Source: Podarcis melisellensis
Taxonomy: Eukaryota
DNA length: 64,000 bases
Reading direction: 5' to 3' (one strand)
Assembly (NCBI GenBank): GCA_964234715.1
Contig: OZ174277.1
This document shows, piece after piece, positions 38,490 to 52,374 of the stretch (its first letter is position 1; every line of letters begins with the position of its first letter). The translations under genes were made by a program, and so were the position numbers. A model generated the notes under the pieces. The model saw nothing but the letters and a program-made list of their open reading frames with translations, was not told where the DNA came from and ran no database searches.

Positions 38490-38945
38490 AGTATGAATTT
38501 TATTATTTCGGTCACAGACCAGCTCCAGCCCACATACAATATCAAGGAAGTCATAAAACACAATAGGGATACATTTGAACTTTCAATTAGGTATAACAGG
38601 GACAATACAGATATAGCAACAGTTAAAAAATATATAAATTAAAACTTAGTCACTAACATATAACCTAAAATTATCATTTAAGGCCTAAATCATTATGATA
38701 GCACAGTTTGTTTTCTTAAGTTTTATGGCAGTCACACAGAATTTGGCTACCCTTAACATGATCTCAGGATCCTTGTCCTCTACCAGGGATTTTAGACATT
38801 GAAGTTCGGATTCATTTGGAGATTTTTGCATAGCAGGGATAATAAATACTGAGCGTATATCCCCGTAGAAATGGCAGTGTAACAAGGCATGAGAGACAGT
38901 TTCTACCTCCATCAGGCCGCAGGGGCAGACTCGTTCTGTGGGTGG
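38490..38945 (-). mobile_element. LINE 3' end with CCHC knuckle (RTE-X-like; clade uncertain)
   Basis: ERVCPCGLMEVETVSHALLHCHFY.DIR; 3' end GGTCTGTGACCGAAATAATAAA. Confidence 0.6.
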
Positions 38946-39394
38946 CGGACAAGAGGCATGGAACCTCTTGCCCGCAGGCTGTTCCCCACCCCCCAGTCAT
39001 GCTCATCTCTCCCATGCACCTGACATCAGGTGTGGGGCAGGTGAGGACACAGCTACAGAGGAATAATCAGGAGCTTAAACTGAGAGCCTGATTGTTCCTT
39101 TGCATGTGGGGGGCTCCCTGAGAGCGAGGCCTCTGAAGCGCTGCTCCCGTTCCAAATTTCATCTCTGCATACTTGATACCAAAGGGGGCTCATTGTCAAT
39201 GGTCTTCCAAGGTGGCTGACCCCCTTTCAGCTGGCAGGGTGAGGTTTAGGGGTTGGATCCTGTTCCCCATTCCTGCCCCAAACCATACTCTGGGACTCTA
39301 ATCCCCTTCTAAAGCTGTTCAATGCGCCTATTTTCAGTTGATGTACAGACGTGGCAGTGGTGCGATCTGACGCCTTTCTCTTGGCGCGGAAATA

Positions 39395-39636
39395 CAGTGG
39401 TACCTCGGGTTACATACGCTTCAGGTTACATACGCTTCAGATTACAGACTTCGCTAACCCAGAAATAGTGCTTCAGGTTAAGAACTTTGCTTCAGGATAA
39501 GAACAGAAATCATGCTCCGGCTGCATGGCAGCAGCAGGAGGCCCCATTAGCTAAAGTGGTGCTTCAGGTTAAGAACAGTTTCAGGTTAAGTACGGACCTC
39601 CGGAACGAATTAAGTACTTAACCCGAGGTACCACTG
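39395..39636. mobile_element. Tigger-like MITE
   Basis: TIRs and TA TSD. Confidence 0.9.
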
Positions 39637-39848
39637 TAAATCTCACCAATTCTAGGGAACTGAACCCTCGTCGAACTCTGCGCAGGCTTGCAGCATTGGA
39701 TTTGTGGGCTTGCATGCAGCTGACTTGCATCTGCGCCATCTCATCGGAAGGCTGGTTATAAATACTTTCAGATACCACACAAGTTCTGCCTGCCTCTGCT
39801 GTTTCCATAGTGCCTGCAGTTCTGACTGTACTGTGCTCTTCCTTGCAG

Positions 39849-39902
39849 TTGGCTTACTGTGTGGTGCAGTTCTTGGAGAAAGACAGCAGCCTGACCGAAC
39901 CG
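39849..39902 (+). CDS. PPP2R5D: PPP2R5D exon 10 (LAYCVVQFLEKDSSLTEP)
   Basis: 54 nt; donor CCG|GTAAGT. Confidence 0.98.
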
Positions 39903-40148
39903 GTAAGTGCTCCCTCTGGGTGGGGCTGCCTTGGAAGAATATTTGGAAACTTTGTATGGAAACCTCCCACTGCTGCTGCTGCTGTTAGGCCCTGTTTGCA
40001 CTATATAAAGCAGGACCATACCACCTTAAGCAGTCATGACTTCTTCCCCCAAAGAATCCTGGGAACTGTAGTTCGTTAAGGGTGCTGAGAGATGTTAGGA
40101 GACAGTAATCACTGGAGGGGAAAAGGGCTTCTGAGACTGGGTGGATTT

Positions 40149-40475
40149 AAAAGGTAAAGGGACCCCTGACCTTTAGGCCCAGTCGTGACCGACTCTGGGG
40201 TTGCGGCGCTCATCTCGCTTTACTGGCCGAGGGAGCTGGCGTACAGCTTCCGGGTCATGTGGCCAACATGACTAAGCCGCTTCTGGTGAACCAGAGCAGC
40301 GCACGGAAAAGCCGTTTACCTTTCCGCCGGAGTGGTACCTATTTATCTACTTGCACTTTTTTTGGGCGTGCTTTCGAACTTCTAGGTTGGCAGGAGCCCA
40401 GGGACCAAGCAATGGGAGCTCACCCCGTCACGGGGATTCGAACCACCAACCTTCTGATTGGCAAGCCCTAGGCTC
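40149..40475 (-). mobile_element. Sauria SINE
   Basis: Same family sequence as 15525 and 26307. Confidence 0.88.
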
Positions 40476-40969
40476 AAAAAAGCGATTCAGTTAAATGCGT
40501 TGTAAATGTCATACAGGGAAATCCCGTTGGTGAAAGGCGGGACACCACAGCGCCATCTGGTGTCACAGTATTGTAGTGCATATAGGGCGCTCCGTTTTTA
40601 CAATTAAGAGTGCTGCGAGTTCTTAGGTGACCCCTATTCCCCCCACAGCACTGCAATTCCCAGAATTCCCTGCCAAGAGGGATTGATTGTTAAACTACTC
40701 CTGGGATTGTAGCTCCGTAAGGGGAATAGGGGTCAGCCTATGAGCTCTCAGCACCTGTAACCAAATGACACTTTCAAAGATTCTTTAGGGGGAAACCATG
40801 ACTAATGACATACGACAACGCTTTAAATGCATGCTGCACATGCGGCCTTCGGAGATTTTTGTATACTAATGGTGGACTCATTCTCTCAGTGCCTTTCCTT
40901 ACCTAGCCAAAAGGAGACCACGCTTTCACAAAAGAGAATTGTCAGCAGGCTTGGGGAAAACCAGCGTTT

Positions 40970-41559
40970 CATAGAATAGAATCATAGAATCATAGAGTTG
41001 GAAGAGACCACAAGGGCCATCGAGTCCAACCCCCTGCCAAGCAGGAAACACCATCAGAGCACTCCTGACATATGGTTGTCAAGCCTCTGCTTAAAGACCT
41101 CCAAAGAAGGAGACTCCCACACTCCTTGGCAGCAAATTCCACTGTCGAACAGCTCTTACTGTCAGGAAGTTCTTCCTAATGTTTAGGTGGAATCTTCTTT
41201 CTTGTAGTTTGGATCCATTGCTCCGTGTCCGCTTCTCTGGAGCAGCAGAAAACAACCTTTCTCCCTCCTCTATGTGACATCCTTTTATATATTTGAACAT
41301 GGCTATCATATCACCCCTTAACCTCCTCTTCTCCAGGCTAAACATGCCCAGCTCCCTTAGCCATTCCTCATAAGGCATCGTTTCCAGGCCTTTGACCATT
41401 TTGGTTGCCCTCCTCTGGACATGTTCCAGTTTCTCAGTGTCCTTCTTGAACTGTGGTGCCCAGAACTGGACACAGTACTCCAGGTGAGGTCTGACCAGAG
41501 CAGAATACAGTGGCACTATTACTTCCCTTGATCTAGATGCTATACAGTACTCCTATTGA
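40970..41559 (-). mobile_element. CR1 LINE 3' fragment
   Basis: [50 protein letters not shown]; (ATTCTATG)-type tail; ~30-bp flanking repeat. Confidence 0.93.
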
Positions 41560-43313
41560 TGTCAGCAGGCTTGGGGAAAACCCAGCGTTTGCTTGAGCAC
41601 AGACTTTAATGGGAGAGGGAAAATAAAGGGGGGGAGAGGAGGTAGGTGTGATGGAATGGAATAGCCTAGAGAAGGCAGACCTTGCTGGCTGGCACTTTGA
41701 ACGGCAGCAATCTTCATTATATTGCAGATCTTGCTGGTGCCCTTGACGCTGCTCACTCTTTGTGGCTAGGGTGTTGTTTGGGTTTTTTTGTTCGTTTGTT
41801 TTTTTGCTTGTGGCAGGGGGTTATTTGCTACTGGTCTTTTGTATCTTCATTTTAGACCCTTGTGATTTGCGTGGAAATCGTTCAATTGTACATCTTTTAA
41901 TATTTTATTTACTGTTTATGACTACTTTTTTAGTGCGTTTTTTGCATGTTGTAAGCTGCCTTGAGTGTGGTTTAAACTGGAAAGCCGGCATATAAGTAAG
42001 ATTATACATATATGTATGCAGTTAGTTTCTAAGCCCATTTCAGAGTGTGGGTGATGGATCTTATTTAAACCATAAATGGGCTCAGGGTACAATATCTGAG
42101 GAGGCATTCTTTTGTTCTGGAGGGTTGCGAATACTGTTTAGTGACCCCGATTTGATTTTTTTAAATTTTGTTTTTGATTACTTTTTTGAGAGTGCTGGGT
42201 GATTATTTTATTTTTTTGTAATCAAGATTCACTTCTTTCACGTTACTGGTTTTTATTGTGTTGTTTGTATGGTTGTAAATACTCTGAGGGCTGTTTGTGT
42301 GGCAGAAAAGAAAGTCCAGTGTGTACATTCTGTAAATAAGGAGTTAAGTTGGTTTTTCAAAGTTCAAACTGCTTCTGCACTGTTGACCTATTGTACTGTG
42401 GAGTTTATGACTGTGGCAAAACAATGCAAGCTTATCTCACCATCAACACGAATGTCTTAAAAGTAGTTTGCCCTGTGAACATAAAAAGCATAGGGAACTT
42501 GACTTACACTGAACAGAGGTGTAATGGTGTGGTGTCAATGGGAGTTGGGAGACATGTTACTATTTCTGCAGCAGCCATTCCTGTCACCAGCATCCTAGAG
42601 CCATCAATCAGCATGAAAGGTGTGCGTTTTAGCCAATAAGAAGACGCCCTTTCACCCTTTTTTTGCTTATGGGAGCCAATCAGAGTGAAGAGAGGAGAGT
42701 CAGCCCCTGAAAATTGACTCTTAGAATCACTCTGGAGAAGCGCATTGGGAAGAATGCCGAAGAAGATCTTGTTCTGTGTGCTCCAAAAGCTAAGCGTTTA
42801 GGAACACTGAAAACACAAGGCGCTTCTGTTTTGAAAGAATGGTGTGCGAGCTCTGCAAAGTACAGTAGAACTTTGAGGAAAACACAGCTAAAGTCGCCCC
42901 GAAAGAAGGGCACATTTTCTAGCTGAAAAGCCAGCACATGGAGATCTGCATTGATTGTTGCAGTGCTAGGTATTACTATTGTATAGTTATACAATATAAG
43001 GCTGCATAAACTTAGATGAGTACGTGGCTGTGACTCTCATGTAGGGACCCTTCAGAAAAATGTGTGGGGCTACGTCATTCCTCATACAGTGGTCCCTCGG
43101 GTTACGTACGCTTCAGGTTACATACGCTTCAGGTTACAGACTCCACTAACCTAGAAATAGTGCTTCAGGTTAAGAACTTTGCTTCAGGATGAGAACAGAA
43201 ATCGTGCTCCAGCAGTGCGGCAGCAGCAGGAGGCTGTGCTTCAGGTTAAGAAGTGGTGCTGCAGGTTAAGATCAGTTTCAGGTTAAGAACGGACCTCCGG
43301 AATGAATTAAGTA

Positions 43314-44299
43314 CCGTATTTTTCGCCCTATAGGACGCACTTTTCCCCCTCCAAAAATGAAGGGGAAATGGGTGTGCGCCCTATGGGGCGAATGCAGGCT
43401 TTCGCTGAAGCCTGGAGAGTGAGAGGCATCAGTGCACACCGACCCTTCTCACTCTCCAGGTTTCAGGAAGCTATCCGCAAGCCTCCCGCGCCCGGCGGGA
43501 GGTCGCGCCGGGCGCGCGAGGCTTGGGGCGGCAGCCTGCATCCCGAAGCACGGGGCGTCCTCCGGAGGACACCCCTTGCTTCGGGAAGGTGTCCGCAAGC
43601 CTACCGCGCCCAGTGGAAGGTCTCGCCGGGCGCGCGAGGCTTGGGGCAGCAATCTGCATCCCGAAGCACAGGGTGCCCTCCGGAGGACGCTCCTTGCTTC
43701 GGGAAGGTGTCCGCAAGCCTCCCGCACCCGACGGGAGGTCCTGCCGAGCGCGGGAGGCTTGGGGCGGCAGCCTGCATCCCGAAGCACGGGGCGTCCTCCA
43801 AAGGATGCCCCTTGCTTCGGGAAGGTGTCCACAAGCCTCCTGCGCCCGGCTTGGGGCGGCAGCCTGCATCCCGAAGCACGGGGTGCCCTCCAAAGGATGC
43901 CCCTTGCTTTGGGAAGGTGTCCACAAGCCTTCCGCGCCCGACAGGAGGTCCTGCAAGGCGCGGGAGGCTTGGGGCGGCAGCCTGCATCCCAAAGTATGGG
44001 GTGCCCTCCGGAGGACGCCCGGTGCTTCGGGAAGGTGTCCGCAAGCCTACCGCACCCGGCTTGGGGCGGCAGCCTGCATTCCGAAGCACGGGGTGCCCTT
44101 CAGAGGACGCCCCGTGCTCCGGGCGGGAGGTCCCGCCGGGCTCGCAAGGCTTGCAGGCAGTAGCCTGTTCTGGGGTGGGGGGAAGCTCGGGCTTCACCCG
44201 CCCCAGCCCCGCGCCTGGGGGGGGGATTTTTTTTTTCTTTATCCCCCCCCCAAATGTGTGTCTTATGGGGCGGTCCGTCCTATGGGGCGAAAAATACGG
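43314..44299. mobile_element. Tc2/Kanga-like non-autonomous transposon with an internal GC-rich tandem array
   Basis: TIR CCGTATTTTTCGCCC-TATAGGACG / CGTCCTATGGGGCGAAAAATACGG; TA TSD. Confidence 0.85.
43477..44155. repeat. GC-rich minisatellite, units of 118 and 92 bp
   Basis: Units start at 43477, 43595, 43713, 43831, 43923 and 44041. Confidence 0.9.
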
Positions 44300-44937
44300 T
44301 ACTTAACCCGAGCTACCACTGTACTTCTCATTTGAATTGTGAAAGATCCAATGCGCTCCCATTAGAATTACTGCTGGTTTTGATATGTTGACACAAATCA
44401 GGAAAGCTAGAACAGGCAAGCTACTCTTCGGCTGGTCTTCTTTTTGCCATGCCTGGCAATGTACTTCCCAGAAGCCCTTTGGATCCTTGTGACTTAGGAC
44501 ATTCTGCCGTCCTTCCTGAAACTGCATTGTTGCCTTCTTTGATCTGTGGTTTGAACTTTGATTGCACTGACGCCCTGGAAAAAATCAGGCTGGGCCGCTG
44601 CAAAGTATTCTTGGCACGTTCTTTGAAAGCGTAGAAGCTTAGGGAAAAAGATGCTTCAGTTAGCGCTGCTGACAAGTGTAATGAGTGCTGCAGATTGTCT
44701 TTAGATTACTTGATTTGTCTGTTGTTCCAGGTTCTACGAAATTGGTGTTAAATCATAAGTAGAGCGACTGAAATTGGGTTAGGGGAGGAGCACGTTTGCA
44801 TAACATAGACCTTGTTTAAAGTTGCAGTGATAAATATGTGACTGACCTCTCATTATTACGTTTCCTTCACACACTATTCTGCAGCAATATTAATTTCTGG
44901 GCCAGATTAAAAATTAAGGCAGATCTCTCTTCCAAGC

Positions 44938-45284
44938 GACGCGGGTGGCGCTGTGGGTTAAACCACAGAGCCTAGGACTTGCCAATCAGAAGGTTGGCGG
45001 TTCGAATCCCCACGACGGGGTGAGCTCCCGTTGCTCGGTCCCTGCTCCTGCCAACCTAGCAGTTCAAAAGCACATCAAAGTGCAAGTAGATAAATAGGTA
45101 CCGTTCCGGCGGGAAGGTAAACGGCATTTCCGTGCGCTGCTCTGGTTCACCAGAAGCGGCTTAGTCATGCTGGCCACATGACCTGGAAGCTGTACGCCGG
45201 CTCCCTCGGCCAGTAAAGCGAGATGAGCGCTACAACCCATCGGGTCACGACTGGACCTAATGGTCAGGGGTCCCTTTACCTTTA
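44938..45284 (+). mobile_element. Sauria SINE, full length
   Basis: TSD CTCTTCCAAGC. Confidence 0.92.
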
Positions 45285-46211
45285 CTCTTCCAAGCAGTCG
45301 AGAGGATGACTGCAAAATAAGCATTCGTAGACAAGCACTGAGGGTGTAAACCAGTTGCAGAACGTTTAGGTGAACAGCCACCTCCCTTTTAACTGATTTA
45401 TTATTTAATCAGTTTCTGAAACCTATAGGTTTCTAAAACCTTAATACAAGCTGCATTTTTGAGACACTTTTAAGAAAAGCATGCAAACCTCCAGTCCAAT
45501 AAGCAAAAGCTACCAGAAGAGAAGGTCATATGGAATGTTTGCCATTTCCTGTGACAGACACATACCAGAATCAAAGCATTCTTTAAACAAAGCATGTCCC
45601 AAGTTCTTATTGGTTAGATTCATCTTACTAGCATTTCTGGTTAAATTTCACTCCTTGATTAAAAATAGCCTTTTCATTTATAAACAACTAAAACCATAGT
45701 TGATTCATGAAACTAATTGAAGCTTACAGGGCTGAACAGCACACAAGCAGCTAGAGATTTCTAGCTTTGCATTGAAACCAGCATACCTCCTTATGAAATT
45801 CTTCCCTTGTTGTAGATTCCTCTTGGAATGCAGTGTAAGATGCAGGATATGATCAGATGCAACACTAAACAATGGTTTGGAGTTATACAGATAGGCAGAT
45901 AACAAACTTGTGCCCTCCTCTCTCTTCCCCTTCTTCACCTTGTGTGTGATGATTAATAACTCTCAACAGAAATCAAAAATTTCTCAAAAATCTGTATGTG
46001 CACTAATTATGTCACATTAAGTAAATCAACACTATATCTTGTGCCTTTTGACTAATTGTTCACATTTTAAAAAAACAAGCTTGGAGGGTAGAGGTCCTGG
46101 GTAAGTTGCTATCTTTTGGCCTCAGGATTTCACTATTGGCAATTTTTTCTTCTTCCAGACTTAAAATTCTTGTTGCTATCACCAACAAATGTTCCTGCTT
46201 GTTTCTCATAA

Positions 46212-46490
<279 letters not shown>

Positions 46491-46876
46491 TGAAGAATGT
46501 TGGTGCACAAGATGAGCAATTATCCAGGGAAAGTTTTTATAGCTAGCTCAATTGGAAAGTGGCCCACTTCAGATGATCCCCCCAAAAGTTAGCTGAAATT
46601 ATTTCCACACATTCCAGTCCTGATTTCTTGAGCAACAGATAATGAATGTGTTGCTCTTTCTTCTGCATGGCAGTCCTTCAGATAGTGGAAGGCTGTTATT
46701 ATGCCTTGCCTTAATCTCCTCTCGATCCTGCTAAACACACCCAACTTTTTCAGCTATCCTTCATTGGGCTGATTGCCCTCAACTGAACGTGTTCCGGTTT
46801 GTCAATGTCCTCTTTAAAATGTGGTGTCCAGAACAGGCCACTGTACTCCAGATGTGGTTTGCACAGCAGATAATAG

Positions 46877-47134
<258 letters not shown>

Positions 47135-48329
47135 TAGGTCGTTTCTGTGTGCGCTGGGCATGAGTGGGAGTACAACTGAGAGAGCTCCGCCTTGCTCTTC
47201 CACCACGGCCTATTGGTGCCGCTCATGCAAAGTCTGGCAGAGGGAGAAAGAAAAGGGCTCTGATGACGATGATTGCTAGCAATATGGATGGGCATATGGA
47301 ATAGGTTGCCTCCCCTTGAGTCTGTTCTTTTTATCAAGATCATTTGTAACTGGGAGTTTTATGTGGTTTATCCACCTTTGGTCCAAAATGCTGAGTTGCT
47401 GAGGTCTGTTACACAAACTGCATACACTCTGCGGATCCCTAAGTGTGCCAGTGTCTGTTGGCATTGGGCGCTGTGATGTTCGGGCTGAAGAAAGCTTTTG
47501 AATATCCCAAACAAATGATCAGGAGAAGGAGAACATGCCAGTTGGTCATGTGTCTCTACTAGGGTCCTACTCGAGTGTAGGACGAGCTCCTGACATTCAA
47601 ACCCTTGGTGAGTTAGGGATTTCCTTTGCATGCGAAGACAGGCTCTGGTGGATTGAGCGGGCGAGACCAATAGTTGGTCCAGCAGTCAAGAAGGCGGTTT
47701 CTGCATGTGCTGTAGAAAGAAATGAGAGGCACATGGGGCTCTTCAACCAGGGAAGGGAGTCCATCTAGAAGAAATACTCTTGATCCTAAACCGGATTTCT
47801 TCGGAAGAAGAAAAGGCCTTAAGGAATAAACCCTGCACAAATCTGGAGTGGAGTCCCTAGGATGATTTGATGGTGCCTTGTACTCCTCCTTCCAGCAACT
47901 CCTGAGTGGGGATTCGAACCCTGGTCTCCCAGGTCCTCGTCCAGTACTCTCACCACTATGCCACTTTGGCCTCCATACACACTGCCCAGGCTTGCACCCC
48001 AGGGAGGTCACTTGGGTGCTGCTAATGCAGTGGTTTGACTTCACCCCTGCAGGCGCACTCCATTGTCTCTCAACCATGACAACAATTTATAACTGGGATG
48101 GGGGATCCGTTAGACTCCAGCCCCCATCACTCCTTTTGCCACGCTGGCCGGGACTGATGAGAGTTGGGTTCCAATGTCCTCTGGAGTTCTACAGGTTCCC
48201 CACCCTGACTTACAGATTTCTGTTGGTCTTCTTAGGGGTAGTGGGGGGATAAATGGGTGTGTCCTGGCATTTGAAGCTATCCTTCCTTTTTATATCAGGT
48301 ATTGGAAGTTTACTGTCCTGGTCCATTAA

Positions 48330-48497
<168 letters not shown>

Positions 48498-48544
48498 TGA
48501 GTACTGGTGGCTGGGAAAACTCCCACTTGACAGCAGCTACCAAG

Positions 48545-48885
48545 TCTAAACCACTGAGCCTCTTGGGCTTGCCGATCAGAAGGTCGGCAGTTCGAATCCC
48601 CGCGACGGGGTGAACTCCCGTTGCTCTGTCCCAGCTCCTGTCAACCTAGCAGTTCGGAAGCACGGCAAGTAGATAAATAGGTGCTGCTATGGCAGGAAGG
48701 TAAACAGTGTTTTCGTGCACTCTGGCTTTCGTCACAGTGTTCTGTTTCACCAGAAGTGGCTTAGTCCTGCTGGCCACATGACCCGGAAAGATGTCTGTGG
48801 ACAAACGCTGGCTCCCTTGGCCTGAAAAGCGAGATGAGCGTTGCAACCCCATAGCCGCCTTTGACTGGGGTTATTTCCCTTACCT
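48545..48885 (+). mobile_element. Sauria SINE ~50 nt after exon 13
   Basis: Family sequence with B box GTTCGAATCC. Confidence 0.85.
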
Positions 48886-49408
48886 CACTTAGAGGAATGG
48901 GCAAAGGACCCAATACTGTTGGAGAACAGTCTCCCATCATCCTCGACCATTGCCTATGTTGGCTGGGGCTGATGGGACCTGAAGCACATCACGATTGGGA
49001 GGCTGTGCTAGTTGGATGCTTAAATAATGTGTCTCTACAGAGGTTGGGGGAATGCAGGCTGTAATTCCTTTTTGGAAGTCCTCTTCATGCTGTTCTCCTA
49101 AGTCAGAGAAGGGAATACTAACAGCCTGTGCTGATCTAGCCCCACTGCTTCCTGGGGAGGCATAGGGCCCAGGATTTAACCCTGGCAAGGGCATTGAGGC
49201 AGAATACCCCTCTTTGGGGAAGAGCCTCAGCTCTGGGAGGATCTGCCTGTCCCTGGGGATTGGGACTTACCTCCAAGGAGATGGGTCTGGAAAAGGGAGA
49301 CTTGTGACACTGAAGAAAGGACTATACTGAGGCAGCCCTCTATGAGTCTGCAGAAAGACTCAGGGATGGCGGGAATGTGGTTCACCAGAGGTGAAAGCAG
49401 AGACAGTA

Positions 49409-49490
49409 CAGTGGTACCTTGGGTTAAGAACTTAATTCGTTCTGGAGGTCCAGTCTTAACCTGAAGCATCTGTAACCCAAGGTACCACTG
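49409..49490. mobile_element. Internally deleted Tigger-like MITE (82 bp)
   Basis: Both TIRs and TA TSD retained. Confidence 0.85.
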
Positions 49491-49699
49491 TAAATCAGTG
49501 TTTCTGGAATAAAACCTGGTTTGCAGCTGACCAGACGTGAGCTGGTGCCTTTTTTGAGCTTTTTGCCAGGTGTGGTCTATGGAAGCTATGGCACAAGCAG
49601 CTTCCACGGGGGGTACAGCACGGGTGTCCACATAAAACACCTTGAAAACGATGGTAGATGAGCAACACCTAAAGAACATTTAAGAAAAAGCTACCTGAA

Positions 49700-50300
49700 A
49701 GAAATGGGAGTTTTAAGAGCCACAGGCAAATCAGGAAGAAAGGAATTCCTCAAAGGGGGGACGGACCACTGAGAGAACACCCTGTTTATTATGCCTGCTA
49801 GCCTATTAGATCTTAACCAGTCGGCCCAGGGCTGATTTTAAAGCGCAAACAGGTTTATACAGGTGGTCTTGACCCACAACGTGGCCCCGTTGCGGCCATA
49901 TGGGATATCACTAGCAAAAAAAATTCACCAGCGACCAGAGCAACTGATGCAATATTGGAGCTGCGTATTCTGACCCGCTGCGTATTCTGACCCCCTTACC
50001 AACATCCGAGTGGCCTCATTCTGAGCCGCTTGAAGTTTCTGAATGTTTCTGAAAGGCTGCCCCACATGGAATGCATTGCAGTAGCCTTGCCGACGGCGCT
50101 TCCACAGGTAGTCCAAAAGAACTTACAAGCTGTGAGCTTTATCCTTCAGGGAAAATCGCCATTCCATCCAGGAGTGGTTGGATACCTCTTTCCAGTTTTG
50201 GCTGTTTTCCGCACTCGCAATACCTCTGTCATATCTGGATTCCTTTCAGCTTGCTTGCCCTCAGCCACCTCTAAACCACCTCTAGACACCTGTTTGAGAC
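49700..50300 (-). mobile_element. Old L2-like LINE fragment
   Basis: Residual YCNA..VG.P..NIQKLQAAQNEATRML motif. Confidence 0.55.
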
Positions 50301-50782
50301 TTCACAGGCTTCCTTGGGATTAGTAGGGATTCAAACAAGAGACAGAGGAGCCTGCCAGCCACATTCTGGGGACACCACAGCCGTGTGACTTCTCACAGTG
50401 TAAGATGTTAGAAAGCACAGGCGATAAGATGGAGCCCAGAGACACCCTGTTGGTTACTGGGCAGAGCAGATACTTTCTGGGTCTAATCTTCTAGAAAGGA
50501 ACGGGGGTTACCATAACACTGTGCTTCCTAAGCCCAGCAGGAACCTTAGCTAAACTACCCAGCTGTGGCATTGTGCTAGTGGAAATCCCATAAGGTAGGG
50601 CACTCAGTTGCCACTGTTCGCCACCACCTGCAGTCCCTCTGCCCCGTAGGCTCTTGTAGTTCTGCAAGGTTCCACAACCCTCGGTAGCAGCTTTTCTGGA
50701 AGGTGTTTGGAGCTGTCAATGGGCAGGGAGGATTGGCAGAAATTGGGTGTTCTGCCTTACGCTGCAGAAGCGCTTTACAATA

Positions 50783-51000
50783 CAGTGGTACCTCGGGTTA
50801 CAGACGCTTCAGGTTACAGACTCCGCTAACCCAGAAATAGTACCTCAGGTTAAGAACTTTGCTTCAGGATGAGAACAGAAATCGCGTGGCGACGGCAGCA
50901 GGAGGCCCCATTAGCTAAAGTGGTACCTCAGGTTAAGAACAGTTTCAGGTTAAGAACGGACTTCCAGAGCGAATTAAGTTCTTAACCTGAGGTACCACTG
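50783..51000. mobile_element. Tigger-like MITE
   Basis: TIRs of the family. Confidence 0.88.
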
Positions 51001-52301
51001 TTGTGCAAAGCCACCACTGAATGCCATCCCATTGTTCGCAACTCTCCATCCCCTCTCTGTCCCCATTGAGAAGGCTGAGCTGCAGTCCTGTGGATGCTTT
51101 CTTGGGAATAAACTCCACTGAATCCCAACAGGGTTTCTAAACTAAAAGCAACCAAGGAAGAGTCATGTGGCTACCTTAAATATTTATATCCATTGTAAGG
51201 ACCCAAGGAGAGCCTTGCTGGATCACACCAGTGATGTATCTGGCCCAGCTTTCTCATGCTGGCATAAGGGAAGCCAGCAAACAGGGCCCATTTGTGATCC
51301 CCAGCAACCGGTTTTTGGAAGCAGAAGCTTTTCAGAGCAAGTTGAACACGCACAGGGTTGAGCCTGTTAGGTACTCTTTGCCCCCAGTAAAACTGCCAGA
51401 CTTAAGAGCTTAACTGTACTTGGCATTCCCAGTTCTGCAAAGCGCTCGGTTCTGTGCAAAGGAGAACTTGACCTATGAGGTACTACAAAGCTTTGGGGAG
51501 AGGGTGGGCTCCTTGGGGTTGTGCCACAAATAAGATTAAGAAAGAGGGGAAGATCACAGATGAGGGATTTGTGCCTCCTTTATGAAAAGGGCATGAACTA
51601 AGAGGACTCTTACGCTTGGAGATAGGGGTAAATCGGGGTGACTGTGGTCCCTCAGTAATCTGAGGCGAAAGGATCAGCTGGGAACGAACTTGTCTCTTTG
51701 AGGCGCGGCTTGAGCGATTCCTCAGCCATCTTAATTTTTTAAAAAGGAAGGAGCAGGGTAGAAGTGTTTACATTTGAATCCTCTTGGTAGGCAGTCTGCA
51801 GGAAGCCTCATGCAAGTTCCAAAGATAACGGAAGCCCAGTCCACAGTAACTCGGAACAAGAGGAAAGCTTTCAATGGAGCTGCCCCTGTTTTTGTGGAAT
51901 AGCATTCCTGTTGAGATATAGCAAGCAGGCTGTCTGCAGTTTCCAAAACCAACTGAAGACATTTTTGTCCCATTGGCTTTCCCATCTGGATGAATGGGTC
52001 TCTGCCATGGGTGTCTACTTTGCATTCACACACACACACACCTGCTGTTGTTTGCTGTATTTTTAACTGCTTAGCTATTTTAATTTTTTTTTTGTACATA
52101 GATATGTGTGGAAGGCAGTTAATTACTTAATATATCTGTTTAATGTGGAGCATTTGATTGGGTTTTGAAGAATGGCATAACTTGACCAGAGCTCTAGAGG
52201 GAGGGCGCAGGTTAAAAGTCTAACTAGAGGGAGGGTGCAGGTTAAATGTCTAAATAAAGAAAATAACACCCACCCTAAAATAAATTCCTTTTCGTCTTCA
52301 G

Positions 52302-52374
52302 AGGGCGGTTCAGGTTGAAGGAACGAGAAGAGATGTGGCACAAGATTGAGGAGCTGGCCCGCCAAAATCCTCAG
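52302..52374 (+). CDS. PPP2R5D: PPP2R5D exon 14 ([24 protein letters not shown])
   Basis: 73 nt; AG/GT boundaries. Confidence 0.97.

Larger units (their letters stand above)
43087..44321. mobile_element. Tigger-like MITE split by a nested element
   Basis: Left part 43087-43313 and right end 44300-44321 reconstitute the family sequence. Confidence 0.85.

Noticed and set aside
42714-42926. Lys-rich 70-aa ORF in intron 10
   Set aside because: Non-ATG start, no recognisable homology, no convincing splice sites.
43368-44335. ORFs of 127-312 aa in all frames; superficially CRISPR-like periodicity
   Set aside because: By-product of a GC-rich tandem repeat inside a MITE; no unique spacers, no cas genes, eukaryotic context.
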